A stretch of DNA of 64,000 nt, taken from assembly GCA_905178155.1 (NCBI GenBank), contig CAJINV010000008.1, positions 2,671,303-2,735,302 on the forward strand. Reading direction: 5' to 3'. The number at the start of each line of letters is the position of its first letter. The first letter of the stretch is position 1. The notes below the pieces were generated by a model that had not been told where the DNA came from, did not search any database, and saw only the letters and a list, made by a program, of their open reading frames with translations. Positions 51,101-63,252 of this stretch are shown here, piece after piece. The position numbers were made by a program, and so were the translations under genes. The stretch is from Amoebophrya sp. A120 (lineage: Eukaryota; Protista; Dinoflagellata).

Positions 51101-54100
51101 ACTGAGACCAGACCGTTTATCAAAAAAACGCCCTCAATACCTTTTTTTCCTTCTATTGTTATCTTCGGTGGCAGCCAGCACATACTGGACACTGGCTTCT
51201 TGTGACTGTCGTCTATTATTGAAAGCGTTTTGTGTGTTATCTGTGGCACCAAGTTTTGTCCCCCACTATCGTCCTCGACTTTTGAGCTTACATTTTTCGT
51301 CGCTCTGTTTGTAGTTTTCTTGTAATTATTTTCTATCTCGTGGCACGGACAATCAAACAGAAAAAGCATTGTGTTTTCAGCACGAGAAAATTTCTTTGAT
51401 TTTCTCTAGCTCAATTTTCATTCCCCTCACAACTAAAGAGTCATTACTTACCCCAAGTCCGCGGGTGAGAACTTCCACATGATGAGTTGCCCATTCGCCA
51501 AACCACCGATCAGGTAGTGTCGGTCCCCAGGGTAGAACTGGAGGCAGTTGCATCGAAAGGAAAGCCTTCATCGCAAACTTTTACTTTATTTATTTATGAT
51601 GATAGGTCGTGGTGAAGATCTACTTGTGGTTCATCGAGACAGGGGAATACGAATAACGCAACAGGAGCTATTGCAAAGTTACTAAAAGTACTTATTTCGC
51701 CTGCGATGTAGGCTGTGACGACATAAATACTGCGCTAGTTTTTCCTGCATATGCTGACGTCGTAGGGACTGAGCAGACTCGCGTGCGGTGCTAGCGCGTC
51801 GGCAAAGCTCCACAAAAGCACGTAGCTGGTAGCGGCCTTTGTGGCGGCCAAAGTCTTGTCGGAAGACGTGTCCACACAGGAGACCGCCAGCAGCTCCGAG
51901 CTATCAAATGCAAAAGTGTCTGGGTCTGGAAGATTCTGACACTTGTCATGCACGTTTTGCATGAGCCATGTTGTCTGTGATGCATCCCCTAGCAATACAG
52001 ATTTTTTGAGGGCCTCTTGATGCGTATTCCGCATGACAAATGCCTTCTCAGCGTAGCAAAAATTGCCTTTCCCTTGGTACGCATGCAATACAAATTTTTT
52101 TGGAATCCAAATGCAGCATCACAAGTTGCATTCTTCCAGACCCAGACATTTTTACATTTGATACGAGCTGCCCGGGACCCATTTCGTTGCCTGGATGCGC
52201 TTGTCCTTCGTGAACGCCACGTCGTGGAAGTTCCGGAGCTCTTTTATGTTGGAACTTGCCTTCCCGTATCACAACAGAAACCGCTATCGAAGAATAATCT
52301 CAGCTCTGAATAGTTATTTCTTTTTCACTTCTCTTACGCGATTTCCTTTTTTTCTCCTTGCTGTGTTCTATTCATCTTTTTCGCCCCAATAACTTAGGAC
52401 CCGAAATACTTGCGCTACGGTCGCAAAAATGTGTCGAGTTGTTCATGCAAATCTCGGTGAAGTCATCTCTTTCTGCCTCAGGCGTGCGCCTGCTCTTGCT
52501 GGAGCCTTCACTACAAAATTGCTATCGAGTAATACTTTTATCGTCGACTGCGCTGCGAAATCACAAAGCATTTCCTATCTCGACTAGCCTTCTGAGAAGT
52601 TTCTTTTTTGTGATATCCCGCCTAAAGGGCCCATACCGTCGTCGTCCCCCATGCCTGCAAACTCTTCTGCGAAAAGGTCGACGGTTTCGTTTTGCTGTAG
52701 CGCCATGTCAACGCGCTCGAAGACGCGCCGCAAAAACTCGGTCAGAGACTCCACCTGCGTTACGGCTACCTGCGAAAGGGTAGGGAGTAGCTTGAATTTT
52801 TTTTTTTGCACGAACAAGCCGGACAAAATAAACACGTCTGTCCATCATGAACCATCACCAAAACAGTTGATCAACTTCTTGTTGCCAATTTTTCTTGTAG
52901 GGGTGACATCATACTGCGTCTGCCGGGCATCAAAAGAACAGACCTGCCTTACAACGTACGAGATTCTAAATTTCATCAACCATCGTGAACAACACGGTTT
53001 AAAATTGCTCGTACATCTTCTTTCTCTCCAAAGTCGTCAGCTGCGTACTGCGTGTTGGCGTTTTTTGGGCGCCCCGCGTGCGTCTGACAGTTGCCCTCCG
53101 AGACCACAGGTACTGCCTGCACGCCCTTGTCTAGCTCCCGCCGTAGCAGGTTGAAATTGGGATCCTTCTGTGGCTTGTGCTGTACCGAGCTCTCGGCGTT
53201 GTCGTTGTATTTTTTGGCCTCTCCGAAAAAACTCCTCTGTCGCGCAATCATCACTTTTAGCAGCGGACGCGTGTTCTTCACCTGACAATTTTAGGAGCAA
53301 AATGTTAGTTCGCCTCGTAAGTACCTGCATCACAGAACGTGATGTCCCTGTGGTCATGCGAACGATCGAAGTCAGAGTTTCTCCCCTACTTAATACCGTC
53401 ATCCCGTCCACCTCTTCTACGGTAGTCTGCGTCGTCTCCGAAACGTAATTCCGTGGTGAGTATGCATTGCAAAAACGCGGCACCTGCCGGCGGCAATTAC
53501 CGAGAGGGATGAGAAAGAACCAGCCAGGTGAAAGACGGATCTGCTAGTAGTCTACAGTCGGTTTTTAGTACAGAGTAGCGTTGACCCGAGTGCTGGATGG
53601 CTGTACCTTCAGCCTCCTTACTCAACTGGTGAAAAATGCAACTCCAACTACCATGACAAAAGCGTATCGTTTCGATTTTGAGTTTCTTTTTCTCCCCAGG
53701 CTCCGCCACTGGTAGGCGCGACGGCGAACTCGCACGGTTTTTCTTTGGATACCGTTATTGGCTCGTCCTTGACAAAAACCGTTTCGTCTTCCTTAAACAC
53801 AAATCAATTGCAAATAGAGCCGTGTCAGTGAGCTTGCAAAACTTGCCAGAGCTTTTCTGCGATGGATAGTGGTACTTACTGGTAAAAACAGGCTTGCGCT
53901 GCACGACAGCAGGGTACAACGACACCTGTACTGCTCAGCTGGCGTTGCGATGCAGACCTCTTCACTTTCGACGATAATTCAACACAGCAACACAAACTGG
54001 GAAAATTTTCTGCGCTTATTTCATCCGTGACCGTGACACTGACTCATCTGCAATGGGTAACACATATGCTGGACCACTCGCAGCACCGTCGCCGCCTGCG

Positions 54101-56005
54101 CCCCCTTCCACTGCGTCGCCGGCACCGCCAGCCCCGCTAAGGGAAGCCAGATACTCCGCTTGGATAGCCTCTTTTTTTTCCTGACAGAAATTTTCGAATA
54201 AACATACGCGCGTTCCTCTTCTCGTGGACAAAAAAATTCGTTGCTCCAGTATTGTGCTGGAGAAACCAGCACGTAGTACTTAGACGTGAACCCGTATCAA
54301 AGCTGGTCATAGATGATCGATGTGACAAAACCGTATGTCAGCCTTACCTCTATCACAGCGACCATGGCTTCATATGCTGGGACGGTCTGGCACCACACGA
54401 AGTTGTCCCCGAAGACCCGCTTGCTGGTATGAAATTGAAAAAGCACGTCCTCAAAATGCACGACCCTAGATTTGCAAAAAACGCAGACGCTTGATCTATT
54501 GATTATTTTGCCTCCACAGATGCTCATGTCACTGTCAGCAAAACAGTAGTGAAGAAGCACTGTCGGATTATAACCAAACAACAGCCAGGTCGCAAGTAGG
54601 GTCGTTGCCTTTCGGAATATTGCTTTCAATGTCATAGCTGTCCCTGACCAGCAGCATAAACTCGAGCGTATATCTGTAGTGTTTCCCGAAAATCATATGT
54701 AGAAGCACTGCACTGTCAATCACAAATAACTATCGACTCATTTACATTTTCTGATTGTGGACGGGGGTAAAGAAACGTAAAACCTCATTAAAAACGCCTT
54801 AATCATCAAAAAGCAGCACGAAATTATGCGTGAGTACTTCATCAGATCCTTCTCGTGCGCGTGGAAGTCGGAGTAGAATCCTACCCTCGCAATATCGTCG
54901 AGGCGCTATCGCAGTGAAAATTCTTGCCAACGCGACTACGCGGGCACATGCGAGGTGACATGATTGCATCTGGATCTGCAAAATCATATCAATTTTAACT
55001 TTCACGATGAACGTATGCAAACAAATTCTTCGTCAGACAATATCGATCCTGCGAGGTCAACATTTTTGCGGCTTGACCGACGCCTTCTTCGCACAGTAGT
55101 CGGTGTAGAGTTTTTCATGTCGATAGCTGCTCCTGCTTGTTGATGAAGACGTATAGTTTATGGAAAGGAAAAACTCCACAGCAATAAGCGCGATCACAAT
55201 TTTTGCACATACAGAAATCAATGCCTTTCCAACGGAATGAGTTTAAAGTTCGTGAAGGGGAGAGGTTGGTTTTCGTAACTGCTGCTGGTGTCACCAATGA
55301 CGGGACGAATGCAAACAATGAATAGTATAGCGTTCTGCCATATAGTCCGCAGAGAGACCTTGCTGCTTCTTCTTGGTGATATTTTTTCTCGATGGTGAAT
55401 GATTGCGATTTATTGCAGGTGGATTTTCCCTACATACGGCATGGCGTTTTTTCCGGAGAAGAAGATTTCTTTACTCTTTTCCTGCTGCACCACCACTTTG
55501 TATTTCATGTAATTTTCCGTATTCATGAAAAACGCCTTCATGCCCGGCATGTCCTCGTCCAGCGGCAGCTGACCCATCTTCTCCATTATCTCCACCTCCG
55601 TGAGGCCCACCTCCCGCGTATCACCCTGCAATACAGCCCATCTTGTTCGTCCCCTGAAGAACGTCGTGTCTTGAAAATTCGAGGCTCTGTGATCTGTAAT
55701 CATGAGCATAGACACAGATCAAAAACGATGGAAACGGTCCTGTAGAGCTGACCATCAACATTTGTTTCTAGATCTGCAAGTAGTACATACGATCCATTAC
55801 GCAAGCCTGCCACCTCGGATTTTTATCTTCTGTTTGAAAATACAAGAAATTCAGGCGCATGCAAATCATAGGACGAAAGCGAAAGGGCCGAATTTGCAGT
55901 GTGATATTGCGCTGCCTCCTCGCCGGGCTGCTCTGCCCCGGCATCGGCCCCCTCGGCCGGAGCTCCCTCCTCGGGAGCAGGTGCTGCCGCAGCTTCTTCC
56001 GACAT
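48168..56005 (-). CDS. WDR63: Axonemal inner-arm dynein intermediate chain WDR63/DNAI3 (IC140-like), many exons
   Basis: RPLLKVMIARQRSFFG; VDMALQQNETVDLFAEEF; ASTEEGELIY; SLERSPIFPNMLLGVCDWSFYIW; CWSPTRSSVVYLGRMDGFVEVWDFSDQSHKASL; LAVGDADGHLHVMQLPKNL; FLQREEAAVVY. The 5' exons are less certain. Confidence 0.85.
49311..49563. mobile_element. TIR element with perfect 30-bp TIR, TSD AACGG, apparently nested in an intron
   Basis: TATGGATTGCAAAAATGTCTGGGTCTGGAA and its exact reverse complement; AACGG at 49306-49310 and 49564-49568. Confidence 0.95.
50182..50511. mobile_element. TIR introner, eroded TSD (TCACC/TCGGC)
   Basis: TATCCGGTGCAAAAAAGG / CCTATTTTGCCCGGGATA; splits GELIY|GDWTAR. Confidence 0.78.
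51902..52163. mobile_element. TIR introner (GTCTGGGTCTGGAA family), TSD CGAGC
   Basis: CGAGC at 51897-51901 and 52164-52168; TIRs nearly identical to the 31018 copy and the same 262-bp length. Confidence 0.95.
52267..52615. mobile_element. TIR introner, TSD TCCCG
   Basis: TCCCG at 52262-52266 and 52616-52620; TATCACAACAGAAAC / GTTTCTTTTTTGTGATA; removal gives GPLGG-KASSNIKEL. Confidence 0.85.
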
Positions 56006-57756
56006 CGCTGGTAACTTGCGGAGTTACAAGTAGTACCGACGTTGCAGAAGAGCTCTACTTGTCCGCCGTTGCTTTTTCTTGCCGCCAAAGCCAATTCTTG
56101 CAGAAGTAAAGTAAGCTGTGCAAGCCGATGCCGCTTCCTGCAGGGTCTGCACTTCTGGTGACGAAACGTCCCGTGCACGGTGGCCTTGCGATCTTGTCTG
56201 GAAGTCCACGTTTGATCTTGTCACAGCGGGACACGCAGAAACCGCGACTTTGAAAATCGTGACTGTGATACGAGGGTATGGGCCGGCACCCGAGACCGTT
56301 TGTTACGCGTGTTTTGTTTTCACGTAAATCTTCCTTGTCGACTTTTAGGTACTCAGAATTACGAAGTCGTCGGCACTAGAAAACAATGGGTTCCGCTCTA
56401 TGACTCGGCTATCTTGACTTCTTCAGAACGGTTGTCCTCCTTTGTCGGTTCGCGGAACGGCACTAAAGTGCTGACCGGGTGTAGGTCCTGTTGCAGTACA
56501 GGCGTCGAAACGACTGGACTTGCCAGCCAATACGTTCTCCCCTAATCGTTCCGCAGAGTGCACGGCTTTGCAACTTACACTCGAAACTTTTATCGAGAAA
56601 ATTCGGGGGGTCGCAGCAGCTCCACCCCTGTTCCGCCGCTGATTGGAGCGTTCAGCGCCTTTGCGTCTTTCAGAGATGTTTCTTTGAGTATTCTCGGTTA
56701 CTTGAGGACGGTGATACTGAGATAGCCGTGCCGTTCCACTTCTGCAGCGGCCGACGACAGGCGGACGGAGCTGCTGTCGGGTTGTCTCTCAACCGTTCTG
56801 CACAGTCGAGACCAATTTATTGTTTGACAGAATGTATTCTTGTCGCAGCACATCGGCCGCCTAGACACTTGCCAGAGAGCGCTCTTCGAGCAGCAAGAGT
56901 ACGGATGGACACAGCGGCCGGCGCAGGCTGTGCGACGGATCCATAATGTAGTAGAGTGCTCTTCCGTGAACAACGCGCAAGAGGATACTTAAGCGCCGTA
57001 AAATTTAGCTACTTGTTTTATGAAGCTACTGAAGGTAGTACGAAAGTAGCAACCAAGACGATAGAGAAAATCGAACGCAGAACCAACTGCGATTCCGAAA
57101 CCAAACGCCAATGCTAACCGCTGTGACATTCACATTCTCGCTCCTACAAGCGAGGAACATAAACGCGGCCTTTGTCTCCCTCTCTACGTCTGTCCTGACT
57201 CTCGCACTCCCCGCAAATGTGATATTTCGCGCACTCTCGTTCGGGGGTGAAGTTAAAGCCAAAACTTACTTTTGGAGGAAATCTCTATGCAAGTAGAGGT
57301 GCCTTCCCTGATAGTTTCGGAAACCAGCGCCTGTACGAAAAGACGAACAACTGGGCTCCGTTTGTGTCAACGCTTGAGTGATCCACCAACGAGGACACTG
57401 CTGTACTGCTGCTCGGGCTGTGCTTCCAGATTGATGAGTACAGAGGAAGCTGCTTCTTGCAAACATATTCGACACTTATTGTTATTTTTCGCTGAAAAAC
57501 ACAAACAACAATGCAAATCGACACCCAAACAGATTGACAAAGACAATTAATGTAAACGCGATAGAATATTAGAAGGCACAAAATCAAATATACACGATAG
57601 GCATGTGATGTTGTTCAAAGAAAAGTTTGAAAAAAATATCTTCAAGATCAAAAAGGGGTTTCTTTGCTGGCTCAATCAAAGAAACCAGCATCCTGCTCCA
57701 CGTAGTTTCAATTGTCCCCGCTCGCGTAACTAAACTAAAACTCCGATGCACACAGG

Positions 57757-60700
57757 TTAGGCAAAGAAGCTGAAGGTTTGGCTGGACTCGGCTTCCGCCA
57801 CCGCCTGCGGCTGTTGCTCTTGCTTTTGTGCCTCTCCTTTTAGGGTCCTCCCCGCAGCTGTTACATCGTCGACGCCAGGTGTATCACTTACTTCCATTCT
57901 TGTTCCTCCGTCTTGTGTGGTGTCCCGGTTCTTTTCTTTCGCGTGGCCATTTCCTTTTCCGATGCCGGGAGAACTGCTACTTGTAAACGCGAGCAAAACG
58001 GAAGCAGCGAAAAGGAACAAGGCCAGCAGCAGCAACATCGTCAGCACCAGGCCAGTCGGGGTTCGATAAAGCAACCGGCTCAGAGTCCCCGCGGTGGTAC
58101 TTGTTCTTTCCGTGAGATGAACAAACGGGAACCATGTTGACCACACGGTAGATTCTTGTTCGCCATGGGAGACTAGGACACGGATTTGTTCACCATGGGG
58201 GTAAGCGGACCTGCTCGGTGTAGAAGTCTCGGTCTGCAGAAACGAGCTCTTCTTGGCCGCAAGTGTAGTTCCTTGTCCGCCGGCCCACTCAGACCAGTCC
58301 CACTGGTCTTGCCACACTTCGTACTGTCCGGTCGTCGTGTCCCATATGGCCAGCTCAACTGTTGCGTAGTCCTCACCTGTTACATCTACATCATAAACCA
58401 AGAAATAGTGTTTCGTACACAGAAACACTGCACACAAGAGAAAGATCAGAGCTACAGTGCAGCTTGCATGGCAAATCAATGTGGGACATCGATATATTTC
58501 GGCGCCGCTCATCGAGGTATCCCAACAAGTTTGTGTATGTGTCGCGCTGTCAGACTTGGAACCAACCCCAAGGCCATTGGAGATTTTGCATGACAAATCA
58601 TGTATGGGTCGTTGTTGGCTCACAACATAACAGCTGAGAACGTTACACTTACAGCTGAGAAGGCCATATCCCAATACAGCCACTTCTGCAAGTTGTCGTC
58701 CCATTTGTACCAGCTGTTTTCGTCGTACCAGTACGCCCAGTGCTGCAGATTCTCGTCCCAGTACCAGTTACTCCAGCTCCAATCACCTCCCGCGCCGGTT
58801 GCGGCGGCAGACGACGACGACGCAGAGCCGTCCCATTTGTAGCCCCCGCTGCCGTTCGTTTTTCCGTGATGGGACTGTCAGGATTGAAATCGTCAAAGTT
58901 GAAATGGTTTGTGGTCATGCATAAAATGCAACGCAGAAATTGTCTCTATGGCAGAGGACGCAAGTGAGGCAGATTGTGAGCCTGTTGAGGGGTAGGGATA
59001 GAGCTGCTCAAGTAGCATGACAAAAGGCGTCGTCCTTACTCAAACAGCATGACAAACTGGATTTAGATTCTACCCAAATTTGTCATCCGCCACTTGGAAA
59101 CTGGGCTGCAACTGGCCTCCATTTTCTGCATTACAAATCTTTTCAACTTTGACGATTTCAATCCTGACACATCCATATCCGTCCGCGTCCTTGTAAAAAG
59201 AGTCGGTGGCCCAGTTCCAGCCGTAGTCCGCCTTCCCCGCGTTGTAGGCCGCCTGCAGCTTGGAGTTTTGCTTCCACGCGCCCTTCCACGCCTTCTCCCA
59301 ACGCGGCTTCACCTCCTGTTCCCAAACCCGCTTGTCCAGCTTGCGGGCTATCCGGGAGAAAAAACCACGCACAGGTGAAGATGGTGCAAGAAGATCCCCC
59401 ACAATATATTTTTCTTGCAAAGCTTGAGATCATGCGCACCGAGACCAAAGAGAAATGGAATTTCGATCACTCATGCAAGTGAGTGTAAAACTTGAACTTC
59501 TGTGCGTTCACTGCATGACGTATGTAGTTGAAATGAACTCTATGCTTATATATAGTCGAGTTCATGCGCATATAGAAATCTCGCAACAGTGTGTGCAGAA
59601 GGTTTTTTCTCTTCCATACCGGCTTTCGCTTTTTCCAGGAGATCCGTCAGTTCCTTGGTTCGCTGCTTCGCCTTTTGCAGCAGCGCCTCTTCCTTCGCAC
59701 ACTCACTTGGCGAAGCGCCGTGCCGCGGTCGCGGGTGCGCACGTTCTTGTTCTGTTGTCCCCCGCGGCCCGTTCTCAACACCACGGCAATCCCAGTTTGG
59801 CTCGTTGCGTTCGCGCACCACGTCCCCCCATGCCTCTTCGCACAACTTCTGCGTTTCCCGCATCTGTTCGGTGAACGCGGATTCGCCCGCGATGTCGTAG
59901 CCACCCGTCTTGGCCCGCAGCAGTGCCCGATCCTCCGCCTTGGTTCGGACCTTCACCACGTCGTCTGACCTATCCTGAGTAAAAACGTACCCACACCAGA
60001 GTTGTAATGCAAATCTGCATGCTGGAAATGTTTCTCATGCGGAGCCCCATGAGAAGCATTTTCTAGTCGTGTTTTGCAATCTGTCATGCTCCAATCAGCA
60101 TGGTAGGCTAGATCTGTGATGCTGCTGAGCTTGCTCAAACAGCACTACACTACGAATCCAAATTTGTCATGCAAAACAGTCAAAACTTGTGGATTTGTCT
60201 AGCCGATTCCCCATCTTGACTATGGTGTGGGTACGTTTTTACTCAGGATATGACCACGGGGTCAGCTTCCGCCGCCGGTACTCTTCCAGCATGTATTGGC
60301 TCTGTTCCAGAGCCGCGATGCCCGCGTTGGCTAGCCCGCACAGTGCGTCGATGCCCACGGCTCCGTACATCCAGTTAGGATCGCCGGTGCCCACGGCGGA
60401 CGCCTGCATCGCGCCCGAGAGTGGGTTGGAAAACCGGAAGCCATGGTACGCATCCATGTCGTAGCCCGCCTTCTCCGTCGGCGAGGAGAACGCTATCGAA
60501 AGGAAAAATCCTCCCTCCCCATATCGAAGCGGAAACTTCTGTTGCTGGATTTGCGTGTTGCTGGATTTGCGTACACAAATCAGCTTTGTATTGCAAGAAG
60601 GCATTGCGACCAGATCCCCAGGCTAGGTTGGGGCGTATCGGTCTAGTTGCTCAGCATGGCAAATGGCTCGCATTTACCTTTAGGCCCAACAGCATGGCAA

Positions 60701-61581
60701 ATCGCTTCCATAATGGGCGCGAAGCTTCTGCCCTTGTCTCCTTGCAAGACAGATGTCATTTGTGACCTCAAATCAGCAACACAAATTTTCGGAAGCGTGC
60801 TTTTTTGATATGGGGAGAGGGAGTTTTTCCTTTCAATAAAAGTCCCTTGCGTGTTCCGCTTTCCCCGCGGTCGCGCGGCCGACTGACGGTTTTTAGCAGA
60901 CGCTCGTCGTGCGCTGCCCAGTTTAGACTGCATTTCCTGCTGGACGCGGAACTGCTGGTGGACTTGCTGTCCCTGTTCCTGATCCACCGCCTGCACCTGC
61001 GCCTCCGCTTCGCGCGTTTCGAGTTTCTTTTCCTTTTTCGTCGACGTCGAATGCGTGTTCTTCCGTTCTTGCACAAACGACAACGGTGAAGCAACTGCAT
61101 TACGACCGGATTTGGAGTCCTCATTCACTTCCAGAAGAACAACTGGCTCCACTTCTAGACGATCTTCCGCATGCTTCTCGTTTCGGCCTGGCTGTTCCTG
61201 TTCCGGCGAAAAAAACTCATTTTCACCTCCGTTTTCCGGCGCAGTAGATGAACATTCTTCTTGTTTGGTTGCAGTAAGATGACCATGGAGCTGCAAGGGC
61301 GCGGTTTGAGAAATTCGTGGATCTTCTTCGCCGTCAGCTGCGCTCGTCTTGATGTCCTCAAAATTACCAACGGGACTCGTCGAAGCCACAGAAAGCAGCA
61401 CGCGGGACAACAAGATTCCGTGAAAAGAATGGAGGTGCGATGGGAAAAACAGGCGGGACGCGACCAAGGCCGAGAAGCGGGACGGCCTTCGTCTCGACCA
61501 GGAGGTGGATTGCACAGCGGGCTCTTGTTGCCACTGAGTCCCCCTCTGCCGGCTCCCAGCCACGCTTCCACTTCCAGACAT
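57757..61581 (-). CDS. Probable secreted/surface protein with Trp-rich repeats and C-terminal TM, multi-exon
   Basis: Exons join in frame after TIR/direct-repeat removal; SFVQ/SFLQ motifs; WYWDENLQHWAYWYDENSWYKWDDNLQKWLYWD; TM LVLTMLLLLALFLFAASVLLAF. Confidence 0.6.
58518..58674. other. Direct-repeat-bounded non-canonical intron (TATCCCAA x2, 149-nt offset)
   Basis: TATCCCAA at 58518-58525 and 58667-58674; removal joins KWLYWD to TSMSGAE. Confidence 0.6.
58868..59177. mobile_element. TIR introner, TSD TCCGT
   Basis: Perfect 29-bp IR core TGTCAGGATTGAAATCGTCAAAGTTGAAA; TCCGT at 58863-58867 and 59178-59182; removal gives KDADG-KTNGSG. Confidence 0.92.
59971..60250. mobile_element. TIR introner (TATCCTG family), perfect 28-bp TIR, TSD TGACC
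   Basis: TATCCTGAGTAAAAACGTACCCACACCA plus exact reverse complement; precise GT-AG excision gives TPWS-DDVVK. Confidence 0.95.
60494..60838. mobile_element. TIR introner, eroded TSD (AACGC/AAAGT)
   Basis: TATCGAAAGGAAAAATCCTCCCTCCCCATATC / GATATGGGGAGAGGGAGTTTTTCCTTTCAATA. Confidence 0.85.
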
Positions 61582-63199
61582 GATGTTGACAATTTTTCTC
61601 TACAACATGAACCGCAATTTCTATGCGAGACCAAGATGCTTGATCGCTTATTTTATATTTATGCTTCAAAAAAAGCCCAGCAAAACGCCTTTTTTTACAA
61701 ATCGAAATCCACGCTACTGGTGCATTACATTCTTGGTGTAACGGCCAAAATTGACTCGCCAAAGCTTTGCCGTTCCCACAACGGGAGACCCCACGAAAAT
61801 ATGGCTAGATAGGTACGTAAACCATCGCGAGCAGATGTAATTAAAAAACCCGGTTGGATGTCATAGCTGAAGCCGGCGGCTCCTCGCACTACTGTTACGA
61901 TGATCAGAATTTTTTCCACGACTGGTTTCCTTTATATATAAATACGAATTCATCTCAAGGTTAAGACGCTGGCTTGTATCGACGATGAAGACACGACCAC
62001 GATGAATTTCTTTCCACTTCCAACGAGTGATATCTTATACTTATTCATGACATACAGAAAAAATACGCTGTAGACGAAAACGCAGCACCAAGTCGATTTC
62101 GAGAAAACTTTCTGCATGAAAAATTGGAACGAAATGAGACGAACACCATGTTGCGGGCACTGCTTCTATACTGAATTCAGATACAGCCCTTTGCTCGCAT
62201 CTTATGGCGTGCAAGTAAGTGTCTGACATATGCAGCTAATAAATCCTGAACTCAAATACAAAGTTATTCGTCACGGATAATTTACGTTTCCTTGAAGTCG
62301 CATCTTGGTCGCTTGTTGAAATATTTGTCGAATCTCGTTTGAAGCGTCTTTATACACGGTCACGATAAGTAAAAATGTACAATCAACATGCCTGAGTCTT
62401 CTTCTCGATAGTAACAAAAAATGCGAAATGGGTCTTCCATGATTTTTTAACGTCGAAGATTTCTTGTCCTACTAGTATTGCTACTTGTTGTGCGTTTCAA
62501 AATGTATCATAATGAAGTCCTGTTTTGAAGTACGGTAATAATAAATATGAAAAACGATTACGCATTCGCCCCGTGCCCTTCCCGAAAAGTAAGTCGCAAG
62601 CAGCAGGCGACGCGCGCAAACGGATGGGCGTGCGTGCCTAGCGTGTCGTCACTTTTCGATGTTGGCGTTTGTCTCACAGAAAATCAAAATCTTTTTGTAT
62701 ACTTCGAAATTGATTTGAAAAACATTCTACTTTTGTTGTTCATTATTTAAGTGAAAATGTGTGCGTGCTGTAAAAAAATAAGATAACAACAAGGGCTTGA
62801 AGTTGTAGCTTGACATAAGAGTAATTCCAAGTCCAAAATGACACAGCGGCTGAACCCGAAAGCAGAAAGAAGAGAGATACTCCTACATCTACAAATAGTA
62901 CAAATGGTTTCTCACAATAATTATCAGTAAAGTTCGTGCGAGCGAAGCAAGCCGTTCCTGTGCGACATTATCTCGTCTGAATCAAAAACTAATCGCACCT
63001 GAAGCCCGTAGAGAGAGGCAGAAAAGAAGAAGAAAATAAAGGAAGATAATTCCGAACGGGCCTCTCGGTCAATGCGGAGCGCTGATGTTCTATGAGCCAG
63101 TATTCATGCGCCGTGTCTCCACTAATTATCTGCTACACTGTGTTGATAGCCAGCCACGTCAGGTATGTATCTACGTCCACCCGCTTCCAGTTTGATCTG

Positions 63200-63241
63200 C
63201 ACACAGACACAGACACAGACACAGACACACACATACACACA
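63200..63241. repeat. (ACACAG)n/(AC)n microsatellite
   Basis: CACACAGACACAGACACAGACACAGACACACACATACACACA. Confidence 0.85.
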
Positions 63242-63252
63242 CTCCTTTCGCC

